Source of the DNA: Thiohalomonadales bacterium
GTDB taxonomy: Bacteria > Pseudomonadota > Gammaproteobacteria > UBA6429 > Thiohalophilaceae
NCBI GenBank assembly: GCA_048060815.1
Contig: JBGMQW010000001.1
Coordinates: 1 to 44,037 of the forward strand
Length of the DNA: 44,037 nucleotides
Direction: 5' to 3'
The translations under genes were made by a program, and so were the position numbers. Below the pieces are notes generated by a model, which had not been told where the DNA came from, made no database searches, and saw nothing but the letters and a program-made list of their open reading frames with translations. Below are positions 21,396 to 31,802 of this stretch, in pieces (positions within the stretch are counted from its first letter, which is position 1; each line of letters begins with the position of its first letter).

Positions 21396-22835
21396 CTATT
21401 GCATACCACCAACAGTTAATTTATCAATTTTTAATGTAGGTTGACCAACACCTACAGGAACACTTTGACCTTCTTTACCACACACACCAACACCACTATC
21501 AAGTTCAAGATCGTTACCAACCATAGAGACAAAATTTAATATTTCCGGACCATTACCAATCAGGGTTGCCCCTTTCACTGGCGAAGTTAATTTACCATTT
21601 TCAATTAAATAAGCCTCATTTGCAGAAAAAACAAATTTACCCGAAGTAATATCAACCTGTCCACCACCAAAGTTAACAGCGTATAAGCCCTTTTTAACCG
21701 ATGAAATAATTTCAGCTGGATCATGTTGACCTGCCAGCATAAACGTATTTGTCATACGAGGCATCGGTAAATGAGCATAGGATTCTCTTCGACCATTACC
21801 TGTTGAAACCGTTTTCATTAATTTTGCATTTAATTTATCAGTCATATATCCTTTTAGAATACCGTTTTCTATTAACACTGTATTTTGTGTTGAGGTTCCT
21901 TCATCATCAATGTTTAAAGAGCCACGTTTATTTTCAAGTGAGCCATTATCAACAATGGTACACAAATCAGATGCAACCTTTTGACCAATTTTACCTGAGA
22001 ATGCCGAACTACCTTTTCGGTTAAAATCAGCTTCTAAACCATGCCCAATTGCTTCATGCAACAAAACACCAGGCCAGCCAGATCCTAAAACAACAATCAT
22101 TTCCCCTGCCGGTGCATCAATAGCTTCAAGGTTTACAATTGCTTGCCTAACAGCTTCGGTAGCATATCCTAATGCTCTATCATCAGTAAAATAACTATAA
22201 TCTACTCTACCACCACCGCCAGAGCTACCTTGTTCACGACGACCTTTTGATTCAACAATGACACTCACACTCAATCGCACAAGTGGTCGTATATCAGTAT
22301 TAAATGTTCCATCAGATGCTGCTATTAAAATAACTTCGTGTACACCGGACAAACTAACTGAAACTTGTGTAATTCTAGGATCCATTTTCCTGATCTCAGT
22401 ATCGAGTTTCTTTAACAATTCAATTTTATCATTTGAATGTAACGACTGTAACGGATTATCCTGAATATACAAATTATTATGATTTTGAGCTTTCCATGAT
22501 TGGACTATTCCTTGCTGCCCTTTTACAGATATTGCTCTTGCAGCATTCGCTGCATGAGTTAAAGCAGGTAAAACAATTTCATCTGAATAAGCAAATCCAG
22601 TCTTATCACCACTAACTGCCCTGATTCCAACACCTTGATCAATATTAAAACTACCTTCTTTTATAATACCATCATCTAAGACCCATGATTCATGTTGTGA
22701 TGCTTGACAATAAATATCTGCATCATCAATTGAATTGTGCATGATTAAATCTAATGTTGACTGTAAATCATTTTCAGTCAAACCTGTTGGTTCAAGTAAT
22801 AATTGACTTACGTTTTTAATTGAATTTGTTATCAT
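21396..22835 (-). CDS. tldD: Metalloprotease TldD
   Basis: 479 aa with the [11 protein letters not shown] zinc motif and a GGGQVD C-terminal region. Confidence 0.93.
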   Translation of the reverse strand: MITNSIKNVSQLLLEPTGLTENDLQSTLDLIMHNSIDDADIYCQASQHESWVLDDGIIKEGSFNIDQGVGIRAVSGDKTGFAYSDEIVLPALTHAANAARAISVKGQQGIVQSWKAQNHNNLYIQDNPLQSLHSNDKIELLKKLDTEIRKMDPRITQVSVSLSGVHEVILIAASDGTFNTDIRPLVRLSVSVIVESKGRREQGSSGGGGRVDYSYFTDDRALGYATEAVRQAIVNLEAIDAPAGEMIVVLGSGWPGVLLHEAIGHGLEADFNRKGSSAFSGKIGQKVASDLCTIVDNGSLENKRGSLNIDDEGTSTQNTVLIENGILKGYMTDKLNAKLMKTVSTGNGRRESYAHLPMPRMTNTFMLAGQHDPAEIISSVKKGLYAVNFGGGQVDITSGKFVFSANEAYLIENGKLTSPVKGATLIGNGPEILNFVSMVGNDLELDSGVGVCGKEGQSVPVGVGQPTLKIDKLTVGGMQ

Positions 22836-23017
22836 CTTAAACCTGACTTAATCAGTTTTATGTTTTGCCGAGTAGTACTAAATGATTTACTAGCCGCACA
22901 CTTAAAGCCACTATGCATTGCGTAGCAACTCACCCAGTAATAGAGTATAGTATACACTAATTTGTTGTTATTCATATTCTCAATATATCGTATTGGTGGT
23001 TAACCAATTAATTTAGA

Positions 23018-23833
23018 TTAAACCTTAAATTTCCTATGTTGTAATACTGGAAATATTTTACGTATGCTTTTAATTTTATTTAAATCAATATCCGATATAA
23101 CAAAACCTGCACCACTAGAGAGTTCATCTAAAATGACACCCCACGGATCAACAATCATACTATGTCCATGAGTTTCTCGTCCATTAACATGATAACCTCC
23201 CTGCGCAGATGCAACGACATAACAAAGGTTTTCGATAGCACGAGATTTTAATAATGGTTCCCAGTGAGCCTTTCCTGTAATTGCAGTAAAAGCTGATGGT
23301 ATTACAACTATATCTGCATTTTGATCACTCATTTTACGAAATAATTCAGGAAACCGAAGATCATAACAAATTGCAATACCTATATTCCCAAAAGGCGATT
23401 CAAAAACACATATCTTCGATCCTGCTTCAATTGTCTCGGATTCCCGATAAGTATCATTACTTTCTGGAACATGAACATCAAATAAATGAATTTTATCGTA
23501 TCTAGCAACAACAACACCATTTGCATTATATACCAGGCAAGTAGCTCGAATTAAATTATCGACATCAGTTATAATTGGAATAGTGCCAGCAACGATCCAG
23601 ATATTAAAATCAGTTGCTAGTTTTTTTAAAAAATCCTGAATTTCTCCTGCTCCATAAGATTCACGTATCAAAACTTTGTCTTGTTCAGTCATTCCCATTA
23701 AAGCAAAATTCTCTGGCAAGATTACTATTTTAGCTCCAGCTTGTGAACTAGCCTGAATTAATCGTCTTACTTCAATCAAATTAGAAGAAACATTTGAACC
23801 TGAAGCCATTTGAATTGCTGCGAATTTTGTCAT
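23018..23833 (-). CDS. Carbon-nitrogen hydrolase family protein (Nit / omega-amidase-like)
   Basis: 271 aa. Catalytic triad contexts LPENF (Glu), YDKIHLF (Lys) and IAICYDLRFPE (Cys). Occupies the same slot between yhdP and tldD as in Pseudomonas. Confidence 0.85.
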   Translation of the reverse strand: MTKFAAIQMASGSNVSSNLIEVRRLIQASSQAGAKIVILPENFALMGMTEQDKVLIRESYGAGEIQDFLKKLATDFNIWIVAGTIPIITDVDNLIRATCLVYNANGVVVARYDKIHLFDVHVPESNDTYRESETIEAGSKICVFESPFGNIGIAICYDLRFPELFRKMSDQNADIVVIPSAFTAITGKAHWEPLLKSRAIENLCYVVASAQGGYHVNGRETHGHSMIVDPWGVILDELSSGAGFVISDIDLNKIKSIRKIFPVLQHRKFKV

Positions 23834-23880
23834 ATATTCTATGATTAATATTTAAGAGAACCTGATTATCTATTACACCA

Positions 23881-24270
23881 TTATTTATCAGTTATAATTG
23901 ACGACTCTCGATCAATAATAATTTCTAAATCAAGTTGTTTGGTATCAGTACTCCCAGGACTCAAACTAATTTTTGTTGCTGGAAGTCCTAAGGAGATCAA
24001 CCATCCACGTAATTCCAAAGCCCACAGACTACCTTCATCACCTCCTGGATGATGAATCACAAGTGAGGAATTCTCATTTACACGGATTACTCGCATAGCA
24101 GATGTTACTGCTTCCATTGATAAAATAGAACTAGCACTTCGCGGTACAGCCCATTGTGCTGAAGATAAATGATATACAAATTCTGAAGCGTAAATCGTTT
24201 GGTAAAAAAATAACAACACACAACAAAAGCATACTCTAAACTTTAAGTAATCTTTGTTTAAAATATTCAT
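23881..24270 (-). CDS. Orphan secreted/periplasmic protein
   Basis: 129 aa with a signal-peptide-like N-terminus (KFRVCFCCVLLFFYQTIYA-SE). I recognise no family. Starts 21 nt after the yhdP stop on the same strand. Confidence 0.5.
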   Translation of the reverse strand: MNILNKDYLKFRVCFCCVLLFFYQTIYASEFVYHLSSAQWAVPRSASSILSMEAVTSAMRVIRVNENSSLVIHHPGGDEGSLWALELRGWLISLGLPATKISLSPGSTDTKQLDLEIIIDRESSIITDK

Positions 24271-24291
24271 ATTATATATGCTGTGTTTAAT

Positions 24292-27200
24292 TTAATCACC
24301 ACTATCTTCGTCATCAAAAGTTGACTCAATTATATCACCTACTTTAGATTTTGGTTTAGTTACTGATTCTATAATTGGTTTTTCCCATGTGCCGGAAATT
24401 TGATAAATTCGTGTATCTGCCTTGTCAAGACCAATTATATCACCCAGAATTTTTGCAATAATTACACCCGGTAAACTACCGAATATTCCTCCCAAAATAG
24501 CTGCAGTTGTATCCGTAATATTTGGAATGACTTTAATTTTTTGATCAAATTTATGATTTACTAAATCAGTATTTCCATATATATAAATTTTTGCTGCACT
24601 ACTGGACATAAGAAGCTCTTTAGTAGACAGAATTCCATTAGCAATTCTTACCTTACCTATAATAGAGTCAAAAACAAGGCCTTTACCGAAAACATCACTA
24701 AAATCGCCTATAAGTCTTCGGGGTAAATTACTTATACTCAAAAGTCCCAATAACCGCCCTGCTTTTGGGTCAATATCAAGTAATTCTCCGTCAGATACAT
24801 TAACAAAGATTTCAGCTGACAATTTATTAATTGAGAATTGCAGTGGACTATCATACCACCAAATTGTCATATCTGAATTACTTTTCCCTTTATTCAATAC
24901 AGATTTAAATCCTAATGATGATAATGTAGCACCAAGATCAGATGATATAAATTTAACATTAGTAAATTTAGTTAAATAACGATCCTTGTTTTTATCTGGA
25001 AAAATATGCCAAATTCCTGAACAATCCAATTCAAATTTATCAGAATGTAAATTTAATTTTTTAATATCAAAACCATTTATAGAATGTTTAAAATCAAAGC
25101 TTAAGGTACCAATTTTTGCATCATCATAAAATATATCTCTTATTTCACCACTAAATTCGGGGACTTTTCTAGGATCAAAACCTTTATACTTAGTTTTATC
25201 ATTTTTTTCTTTTTCAATATCGGGATCAGTTGATTTTACTTTTGAATCAGGAATATGAAATGAATTCACATCAAAAACAACTTTTAATTCTGGAGTAATA
25301 AAAGTATCATTTTCAAGTTCCTTATCAATTTGAAAATCATTTACAAAACTAGACCACGAATCAATATTAATATCATGAATATTACCCTGAACTAAAATAG
25401 TACCATCTTGTAATTTAGAATTATTTTCAATATCAAATTTAATAATCGCACTATTTAACTTATATTTATCATTAAATTGTTTAATAGTACTACTTATAGA
25501 TAAAGTATCGTTTATAGAAATATTTATTTGATTCTTATTTTTCGAAATAAATTTACTTTCAATACTTATAGGTATTTTATCAGTTTTATTTTTCTTTAAA
25601 GGTGTCGGTATAGTTAGATTTATACCTTGCAGATCAGTTGTAAAAACAATTGAAGCAGGAATTTCAGTATCCTCAGACGAATATCCAAAATTAAATATTC
25701 CTTGCCAATTTGCCACACCTGAACTTTTCTCCATCCAGGGTATATTAAATGTATTCTGAATAGTATCTGAACTAAGTTTACCCTGGGCTAAAATATGATG
25801 ACTAAATATCGTATCTTTTTTTATAGAATATATGTTAATTTTTGATGGCTCATTAAAACTGATTGCATTCAAATTATTAGATTTAAATCCATTTTCATCG
25901 AACTTTATTTCTCCATTAATGTGATTAAATTCAAATATATTTTTGTAAAGTGAAATAGCACTATTCTCTGTTACTACCGAACCTTTATAATAAAGTGAAT
26001 GATCTTTTTTCATTTCATCAGATAAGGGTACATTAATCTGAATATTAATCTTACTGTAACCTGTTATTTTAAATTCTTCAATTACTGGTCCAATATCACT
26101 CGCGATTGGACTATGCACTAAATATTTAAAAAGGTTGTTAGTTGTACTGTCTACTTTCCCTTTTATAACTAATTCTGATTTAGTATAATCTTTTATAAAT
26201 ATCTTTGTGCTCTTGACATCACTATGTAACGTTTTTGCTTTCAAAATATCAATATTAAATCCTGCACCAGTAAATTTTATATTTGCCGACGCATTATATA
26301 TTCTAGGCCAATTATCAAGATAATTTAATACAAAATTTTCACTTTCAAAGCTGACTTCAAATTTGCCATTGTGATTAAGGTAGGGAAAATCATTTAATCG
26401 CCCTTGTAAAATAACACCTCCCTTAGTAACAAAACCAGATACTAAACTGGAATCGAGCCAATTCACCAGTTCTTTATCCATTATTGAGACTGGAAAATAT
26501 TTTCCTGAACCTGCAATATCACCATTTTTAAAATTAGTCTGTAAATCGATAAATGGAGATTTTTTATTATCTGGAAAAATAATATTTAAATTTGAATTAG
26601 TTTCAATATCTTTATTACTTGCAATCAAATTATTTCCTGTTACATGCCATTCATTATATACATTACGCCAATTCAAACGCCCATCGAATTTAGAAATATT
26701 CAATTTATCTCTAAATATTTCAGGAAAATTAACAATCGTATTATTACTTGCTATGACCAAACTACCATAAGTATTTGTTGTCGCTATTCTACCAGATAAA
26801 TTTTCTACACCGGGGATATACTTATCAGGATTAAATTTAATATTTGAAAAATCAGACTGAAAAATAAAATCATCTGATAGAATTTCGCCAACTTTAAATC
26901 GAATATGAGTATCCAATAATTGTCCATAAGGATTCATTTTTTGTAATTTTTTAATATTATTTTTTTTAATTAGATTGAGTTTTTGTATAAGATGACTCGC
27001 ATCCTCGATATCAATTTTATCAAAATATATGTCCATAATTGAATCTGGTTGAAAGCGATCATGGCTTTCAATTAATGCTCTTGATAATGGCCATATTTTG
27101 TTATTTACCTCATATTTAAAGTTATCTACATTTAATGCCCAACCATCAGCTAAATTATCCCAACGCCAAACAGCACCCATTTTATCAATATTAATAATTT

Positions 27201-28104
27201 TATTATGTTTAGACGGGTTAAATTTTAAATTTCGTACACTCGTTACACCGGTAACTTCTTTTAATTGTCCTAACCTGAAATTTGACCATATTTCAAAATT
27301 GTAAATACCACTTGTCGGTTTTAGTGGTATTAAATTCGAAGGTATTCCAATTTCTGAAATGTTAACTTCTTCCCCTTTAACATACGCTCTTCCTTCCCAA
27401 CTAGCGGGGTTTAAAATATCACCAAGCATATCAAATTCAATCTTAAACCTCTTGGCTATTTTATTTTTTAATGCCCAATCACCCGACAATGTATGTCTAT
27501 TACCACTATTTTTTAATTGTAGATTAATATTAGAAAATGTAAGTACCTTATTAGTCTTCGAATTGATCCAATGAATTGTACTATTTTCTAATTTAAGTTT
27601 GTCTTGTTTAAATAACCAGTTTGATAATTCACTTGATTCTTCTGAATCAAGATCTTTCGCAGGATCAAATTTAGCGACATCAATACCTTTAATTTTAAAT
27701 GTATTATTCTTATTCTGTGTCACAACCAAATTAATACCGCTAATTACGATACTTTTAGGGATAAGCTTTTGAAGTTTAATTGATTCAAAAATTGATAATC
27801 CAACACGAGCCTCTTTAAAACGTGCCATAACCTTATCGGATTCAGGCTCAAATAAACTTACACCCTTAAAAATAAATGTCGGCGTAATACCAATTATTTT
27901 TGCATCAAAGGTCTCAATATGCAGTGGTTGTTCTATATATTTTTTAACGAATACTTCAAGTTGATCACGAAAATCAGTTACGTTAGAAATTAATGAACGA
28001 GCAAGCGTCATTGAAATAGCAGTAACGACCAATGTAGTTACAATGGAATACCACAGTAATATTCGACTTCGTTGTAAAAAAGTTAACTTGTTTGTAGTTT
28101 TCAT
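24292..28104 (-). CDS. yhdP: AsmA-like / YhdP-family inner-membrane-anchored bridge protein
   Basis: 1270 aa (E. coli YhdP is about 1266 aa), with an N-terminal TM anchor and a beta-rich body. Conserved position downstream of rng. Confidence 0.85.
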   Translation of the reverse strand: MKTTNKLTFLQRSRILLWYSIVTTLVVTAISMTLARSLISNVTDFRDQLEVFVKKYIEQPLHIETFDAKIIGITPTFIFKGVSLFEPESDKVMARFKEARVGLSIFESIKLQKLIPKSIVISGINLVVTQNKNNTFKIKGIDVAKFDPAKDLDSEESSELSNWLFKQDKLKLENSTIHWINSKTNKVLTFSNINLQLKNSGNRHTLSGDWALKNKIAKRFKIEFDMLGDILNPASWEGRAYVKGEEVNISEIGIPSNLIPLKPTSGIYNFEIWSNFRLGQLKEVTGVTSVRNLKFNPSKHNKIINIDKMGAVWRWDNLADGWALNVDNFKYEVNNKIWPLSRALIESHDRFQPDSIMDIYFDKIDIEDASHLIQKLNLIKKNNIKKLQKMNPYGQLLDTHIRFKVGEILSDDFIFQSDFSNIKFNPDKYIPGVENLSGRIATTNTYGSLVIASNNTIVNFPEIFRDKLNISKFDGRLNWRNVYNEWHVTGNNLIASNKDIETNSNLNIIFPDNKKSPFIDLQTNFKNGDIAGSGKYFPVSIMDKELVNWLDSSLVSGFVTKGGVILQGRLNDFPYLNHNGKFEVSFESENFVLNYLDNWPRIYNASANIKFTGAGFNIDILKAKTLHSDVKSTKIFIKDYTKSELVIKGKVDSTTNNLFKYLVHSPIASDIGPVIEEFKITGYSKINIQINVPLSDEMKKDHSLYYKGSVVTENSAISLYKNIFEFNHINGEIKFDENGFKSNNLNAISFNEPSKINIYSIKKDTIFSHHILAQGKLSSDTIQNTFNIPWMEKSSGVANWQGIFNFGYSSEDTEIPASIVFTTDLQGINLTIPTPLKKNKTDKIPISIESKFISKNKNQINISINDTLSISSTIKQFNDKYKLNSAIIKFDIENNSKLQDGTILVQGNIHDINIDSWSSFVNDFQIDKELENDTFITPELKVVFDVNSFHIPDSKVKSTDPDIEKEKNDKTKYKGFDPRKVPEFSGEIRDIFYDDAKIGTLSFDFKHSINGFDIKKLNLHSDKFELDCSGIWHIFPDKNKDRYLTKFTNVKFISSDLGATLSSLGFKSVLNKGKSNSDMTIWWYDSPLQFSINKLSAEIFVNVSDGELLDIDPKAGRLLGLLSISNLPRRLIGDFSDVFGKGLVFDSIIGKVRIANGILSTKELLMSSSAAKIYIYGNTDLVNHKFDQKIKVIPNITDTTAAILGGIFGSLPGVIIAKILGDIIGLDKADTRIYQISGTWEKPIIESVTKPKSKVGDIIESTFDDEDSGD

Positions 28105-28133
28105 CTACTATTGTAATATTTATATTCAGATTA

Positions 28134-29606
28134 TTACATTAAAACAACATCAAATTGTTCTTGGCTGTATTGAGTCTCAACCTGAAAACGAATATTCTTA
28201 TCAATAAATACTTCAAGTTCTGCAACACTATTAGATTCCTCATCTAATAAAACATCAACAACCTCAGGAGAAGCAAGAATAAGCAAATCATTGGTATTAA
28301 ACTGTCTCGACTCTCGCAATATTTCTCTAAATAATTCAAAACAAACTGTTTCAGCTGTTTTAATTGAACCTCGGCCATTACAAGTTGGGCATACTTCACA
28401 CAGTATATGCTCGAGACTTTCTCTAGTACGTTTTCGAGTCATTTGAACCAGACCCAGGCTTGATACCTCACTAATATTAGTCTTGGCGTGATCTCGTTCG
28501 AGATTTTTTTCTAATAACCGTAAAACTTGTTTTCTATGGTCCGGATCCAACATATCAATAAAATCAATAATTATAATTCCACCAAGATTACGTAACCGAA
28601 TTTGTCTCGCTATTGACTGTGTCGCTTCTAAATTAGTTTTAAATATTGTTTCTTCTAAATTACGATGACCAACAAAAGCACCGGTATTAACATCAACAGT
28701 TGTCATTGCCTCAGTTTGATCTATTATTAAATAACCGCCTGATTTTAATAATACTTTTGGTTCCATAGCTTTTTGAATTTCATCTTCAATCCCGTAAATA
28801 TCAAATATCGGTCGTTCACCAGGATAATAATCGATCTTCTTATCCAGATTAGGAATAAATTTAGTAGCAAATTTAGACACTTTTAAATGTGTTTCTTTAG
28901 AATCTATTCTAACCTTCTCAAAATCTGTTCCTACCAAATCTCTCATTGTTCTCATAACAAGAGAAAAATCCTCATGTATTAAGCATATTTCTGATTCTTG
29001 CTTTTCCTTGTCTGTAACTACACTCCACATTTTTTGTAAAAAAAGCATATCGGCAATAATCAAATCACTACTAATTCCCTGTGCTACAGTTCTAACTATG
29101 TAACCACCTGAATGATCATTTTCAATTTGATTGCTTATAATAATTTTTAAACGTTCTCTTTCTTCTTCACTTTCAATTTTCTGTGATATACCTATATGAC
29201 TATTTTGGGGCATGTATACTAGATATCGGGATGGAATTGATATTTGAGTTGTTAACCTGGCACCTTTTGTACCAATTGGATCTTTTAGAACTTGTACCTT
29301 AATTCTTTGACCTTCATGTAATAATTCTGATATTGGGATCTCGGGTTGCAGCTCACTATTTTCATTGTAAGAAACATTTTCTGTGTAAATATCTGATGCG
29401 TGTAAAAAAGCAGTACGGTCTAATCCAATATCGATAAAAGCAGCTTGCATTCCAGGCAATACCCGGTTGACTTTTCCAGTGTATATATTGCCAACTAATC
29501 CTCGTTTTTTTTCCCGTTCTATGTGTACTTCTTGTAATACACCATTCTCAACATAAGCAACTCTTGTTTCTTGAGGTGTAATATTTATTAATAATTCATC
29601 ACTCAT
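28134..29606 (-). CDS. rng: Ribonuclease G
   Basis: Start trimmed to ATG 29606 (MSDELLINITPQETRVAYVENG, matching the E. coli Rng N-terminus). S1 domain plus RNase E/G catalytic core. Confidence 0.92.
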   Translation of the reverse strand: MSDELLINITPQETRVAYVENGVLQEVHIEREKKRGLVGNIYTGKVNRVLPGMQAAFIDIGLDRTAFLHASDIYTENVSYNENSELQPEIPISELLHEGQRIKVQVLKDPIGTKGARLTTQISIPSRYLVYMPQNSHIGISQKIESEEERERLKIIISNQIENDHSGGYIVRTVAQGISSDLIIADMLFLQKMWSVVTDKEKQESEICLIHEDFSLVMRTMRDLVGTDFEKVRIDSKETHLKVSKFATKFIPNLDKKIDYYPGERPIFDIYGIEDEIQKAMEPKVLLKSGGYLIIDQTEAMTTVDVNTGAFVGHRNLEETIFKTNLEATQSIARQIRLRNLGGIIIIDFIDMLDPDHRKQVLRLLEKNLERDHAKTNISEVSSLGLVQMTRKRTRESLEHILCEVCPTCNGRGSIKTAETVCFELFREILRESRQFNTNDLLILASPEVVDVLLDEESNSVAELEVFIDKNIRFQVETQYSQEQFDVVLM

Positions 29607-30204
29607 ATAAATCCATTTTAATTTCGTCACTGTTTAAAAATTTTACTCCAGCTTTTTGTAAACATTGAGCCGTTTCAAAAATTGGTAAACCCATAACACC
29701 AGAATAACTGCCCTTAATTTCTTTTATAAAAATCGCTGCTTGTCCCTGAATAGCATATGCACCCGCTTTATCCCATGGTTCTGCAGAACAACAATACGCT
29801 TTTATTTCTTTTTCACTTAAGTCACGAAATGTTACTATTGTTTCATTAATACAACTCCATACTTTATCATGAATAACTGAAATTGCAGTCAGTACTTTAT
29901 GGGATCGTCCGGAAAATCGGGAAAGCATATCACAAGCATCATTAAAATCTTTTGGTTTTCCAAATATAATATTATCAAGTACCACAATGGTATCTGAGCC
30001 CAGTAATGGGATATCGTGAATTAAATCAGGTATTCTACTGGCAGCGCGTGCTTTTTCTAAAGCTATACGGCTAACATAATCCTTGGCATTTTCCTGTGAT
30101 AATCGCTCTTCTGATACATCAACATTTATTTGCGTGAATTGAATCCCTATTTGTGTAAGTATCTGTTGTCGCCGGGGTGATTTTGAAGCTAAATAGAGCT
30201 GCAT
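29599..30204 (-). CDS. maf: Maf/YhdE nucleoside-triphosphate pyrophosphatase
   Basis: Start trimmed to ATG 30204 (MQLYLASKSPRRQQIL, the canonical Maf N-terminus). The track ORF adds 44 unsupported residues that overlap rlmH. Confidence 0.9.
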   Translation of the reverse strand: MQLYLASKSPRRQQILTQIGIQFTQINVDVSEERLSQENAKDYVSRIALEKARAASRIPDLIHDIPLLGSDTIVVLDNIIFGKPKDFNDACDMLSRFSGRSHKVLTAISVIHDKVWSCINETIVTFRDLSEKEIKAYCCSAEPWDKAGAYAIQGQAAIFIKEIKGSYSGVMGLPIFETAQCLQKAGVKFLNSDEIKMDLYE

Positions 30205-30277
30205 GTTTTTATTTTGGTTTATCACGAAAATATTCCTAATATTAACTGCAAAATTTTTATACTCCAAATTCAATTTA

Positions 30278-30745
30278 TCACTTATGGTATGGATGATTTT
30301 TGAGTATGCAACTTGCTCGATAAAGTTGTTCTGCAATTAAAATCCGCACAAATGAATGTGGAAAAGTTAACCGGGATAATGACCAACTTAGTGATGCAAG
30401 CTGCTTACATTTATCATCATGTCCATCAGGGCCACCTACTAATAATGCAATATTTTGTCCGGAGTTAGACCATTTATCCAAATTCTGCGCCAATTCAGCT
30501 GTACTCCACTGTTGACCTTTGCCATCCAACAACACCACCAGGCAATTCTTCGGTATTGCAGCAAGTAATACTACGGCCTCTTTTTTAATTATACTTTTAG
30601 TATCTACATTCTTTGTTCTTCGAATTGCATTTACCTCAATTAATTCAAGCTTATACTCTTTTGGCATTCGTTTCGAATATTCTTCATATGCTTCAACGAC
30701 CCAACTCGGCATACGATTTCCTATGGTAATTAAAAATATACGCAT
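30278..30745 (-). CDS. rlmH: 23S rRNA (pseudouridine1915-N3)-methyltransferase RlmH
   Basis: 155 aa, SPOUT family, with GGPDGH and the C-terminal LL.EQLYRA..I..NHPYH motif. Confidence 0.92.
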   Translation of the reverse strand: MRIFLITIGNRMPSWVVEAYEEYSKRMPKEYKLELIEVNAIRRTKNVDTKSIIKKEAVVLLAAIPKNCLVVLLDGKGQQWSTAELAQNLDKWSNSGQNIALLVGGPDGHDDKCKQLASLSWSLSRLTFPHSFVRILIAEQLYRASCILKNHPYHK

Positions 30746-30749
30746 TCAT

Positions 30750-31106
30750 TTATAAACTTACATCATTAGAAATTGTGTTAGGGCTATCTTCACCCCAAAG
30801 TTTTTCTAGATTATAAAAATTTCTAATATCAGGTTGCATAATATGTACAACAATATCGCCAAGATCAATTAACATCCATTCCCCCTGTTGTTCGCCTTCA
30901 GAACCTAGAACTTTTATATTCTTTTCCTGAGCTACGGTTAATAGATTACTACCTAGCGCTTTAACCTGACGAGCAGAATTACCACTTACAATCACCATAA
31001 TATCTGTGAAATTCGATTTTCCGCGTACATTTATAGTTTTAATTTGAAAACCTTTTATATCTTCTAACGCATTAATAACAATATCGTGTATCTTCTCTAT
31101 ATTCAT
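30750..31106 (-). CDS. rsfS: Ribosome silencing factor RsfS
   Basis: 118 aa. GEWMLIDLGDIVVHIM.P..R.FY.LE.LW is the RsfS/iojap signature. Confidence 0.92.
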   Translation of the reverse strand: MNIEKIHDIVINALEDIKGFQIKTINVRGKSNFTDIMVIVSGNSARQVKALGSNLLTVAQEKNIKVLGSEGEQQGEWMLIDLGDIVVHIMQPDIRNFYNLEKLWGEDSPNTISNDVSL

Positions 31107-31762
31107 CTTTTATTTTCATATATATTTTGATTTTTAATAATTTTAATAACACCATCGGGTAATAAATACTGTACTGATTTATTTTCTGCCAATAACGCTC
31201 TAATTTTGGTTGCAGATATATCTAATTGGGTAACCGATTGAAACATTATTTTTCCACATGAACTATCATTTAATTCATCTTTATTCAAGATACGTTGATT
31301 TGAAATTACCGTACCAAGCTCAACAGAAATTTGACTGGAATCTCTCAGCGCTTCAACATCCCAACCAGGACGATGAGTTACAACGATATGACATAGATCT
31401 AGAATATTTTTCCACCGATACCACTGATCAAATTTATAAAATGCATCTATACCAATAATTAAACACAATGTCTGATTTTTCGTTACTTCGGTACGTATAA
31501 ACTCCAAAGTATCGATTGTGTAACTAATGCCCTCTCGATTAATTTCACGAGGATCTAGATAAAACCGAGGTTCAAGCTTTATTGCAGTTGCTATCATCTC
31601 AAGTCGTTGTTTTGAACTTGCCAATGGTAGTGCTCGATGATACGGAATACTACAAGGAATAAAATGACATTTTTCAATACTAAGGGCTTCAACAACATCG
31701 AGTACTGGACGCAAATGACCATAATGAATCGGATCAAATGTACCACCGTATACACCAATCAT
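31103..31762 (-). CDS. nadD: Nicotinate-nucleotide adenylyltransferase NadD
   Basis: GGTFDPIHYGH motif. I prefer ATG 31762 (MIGVYGG); the track start at 31771 is a GTG. Confidence 0.92.
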   Translation of the reverse strand: MIGVYGGTFDPIHYGHLRPVLDVVEALSIEKCHFIPCSIPYHRALPLASSKQRLEMIATAIKLEPRFYLDPREINREGISYTIDTLEFIRTEVTKNQTLCLIIGIDAFYKFDQWYRWKNILDLCHIVVTHRPGWDVEALRDSSQISVELGTVISNQRILNKDELNDSSCGKIMFQSVTQLDISATKIRALLAENKSVQYLLPDGVIKIIKNQNIYENKR

Positions 31763-31802
31763 TACACACACAAATAATTAAACAATAAATATTTCATTAA
31801 TA

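Noticed and set aside
22836-23017. The 182-bp tldD / C-N hydrolase intergenic region, slightly more GC-rich, examined for a tRNA or small RNA gene.
   Set aside because: No tRNA-like T-arm (GGTTCGAATCC-type) or acceptor pairing is present, and there is no strong hairpin plus U-tract. It is most simply the tldD promoter region.
27271-27281. The 11-mer TAACCTGAAAT inside yhdP, identical to the terminus of type B element copy 2 read on the opposite strand.
   Set aside because: It is an isolated match with no continuation of similarity and no inverted partner, and it lies in frame within conserved coding sequence. Most likely chance.
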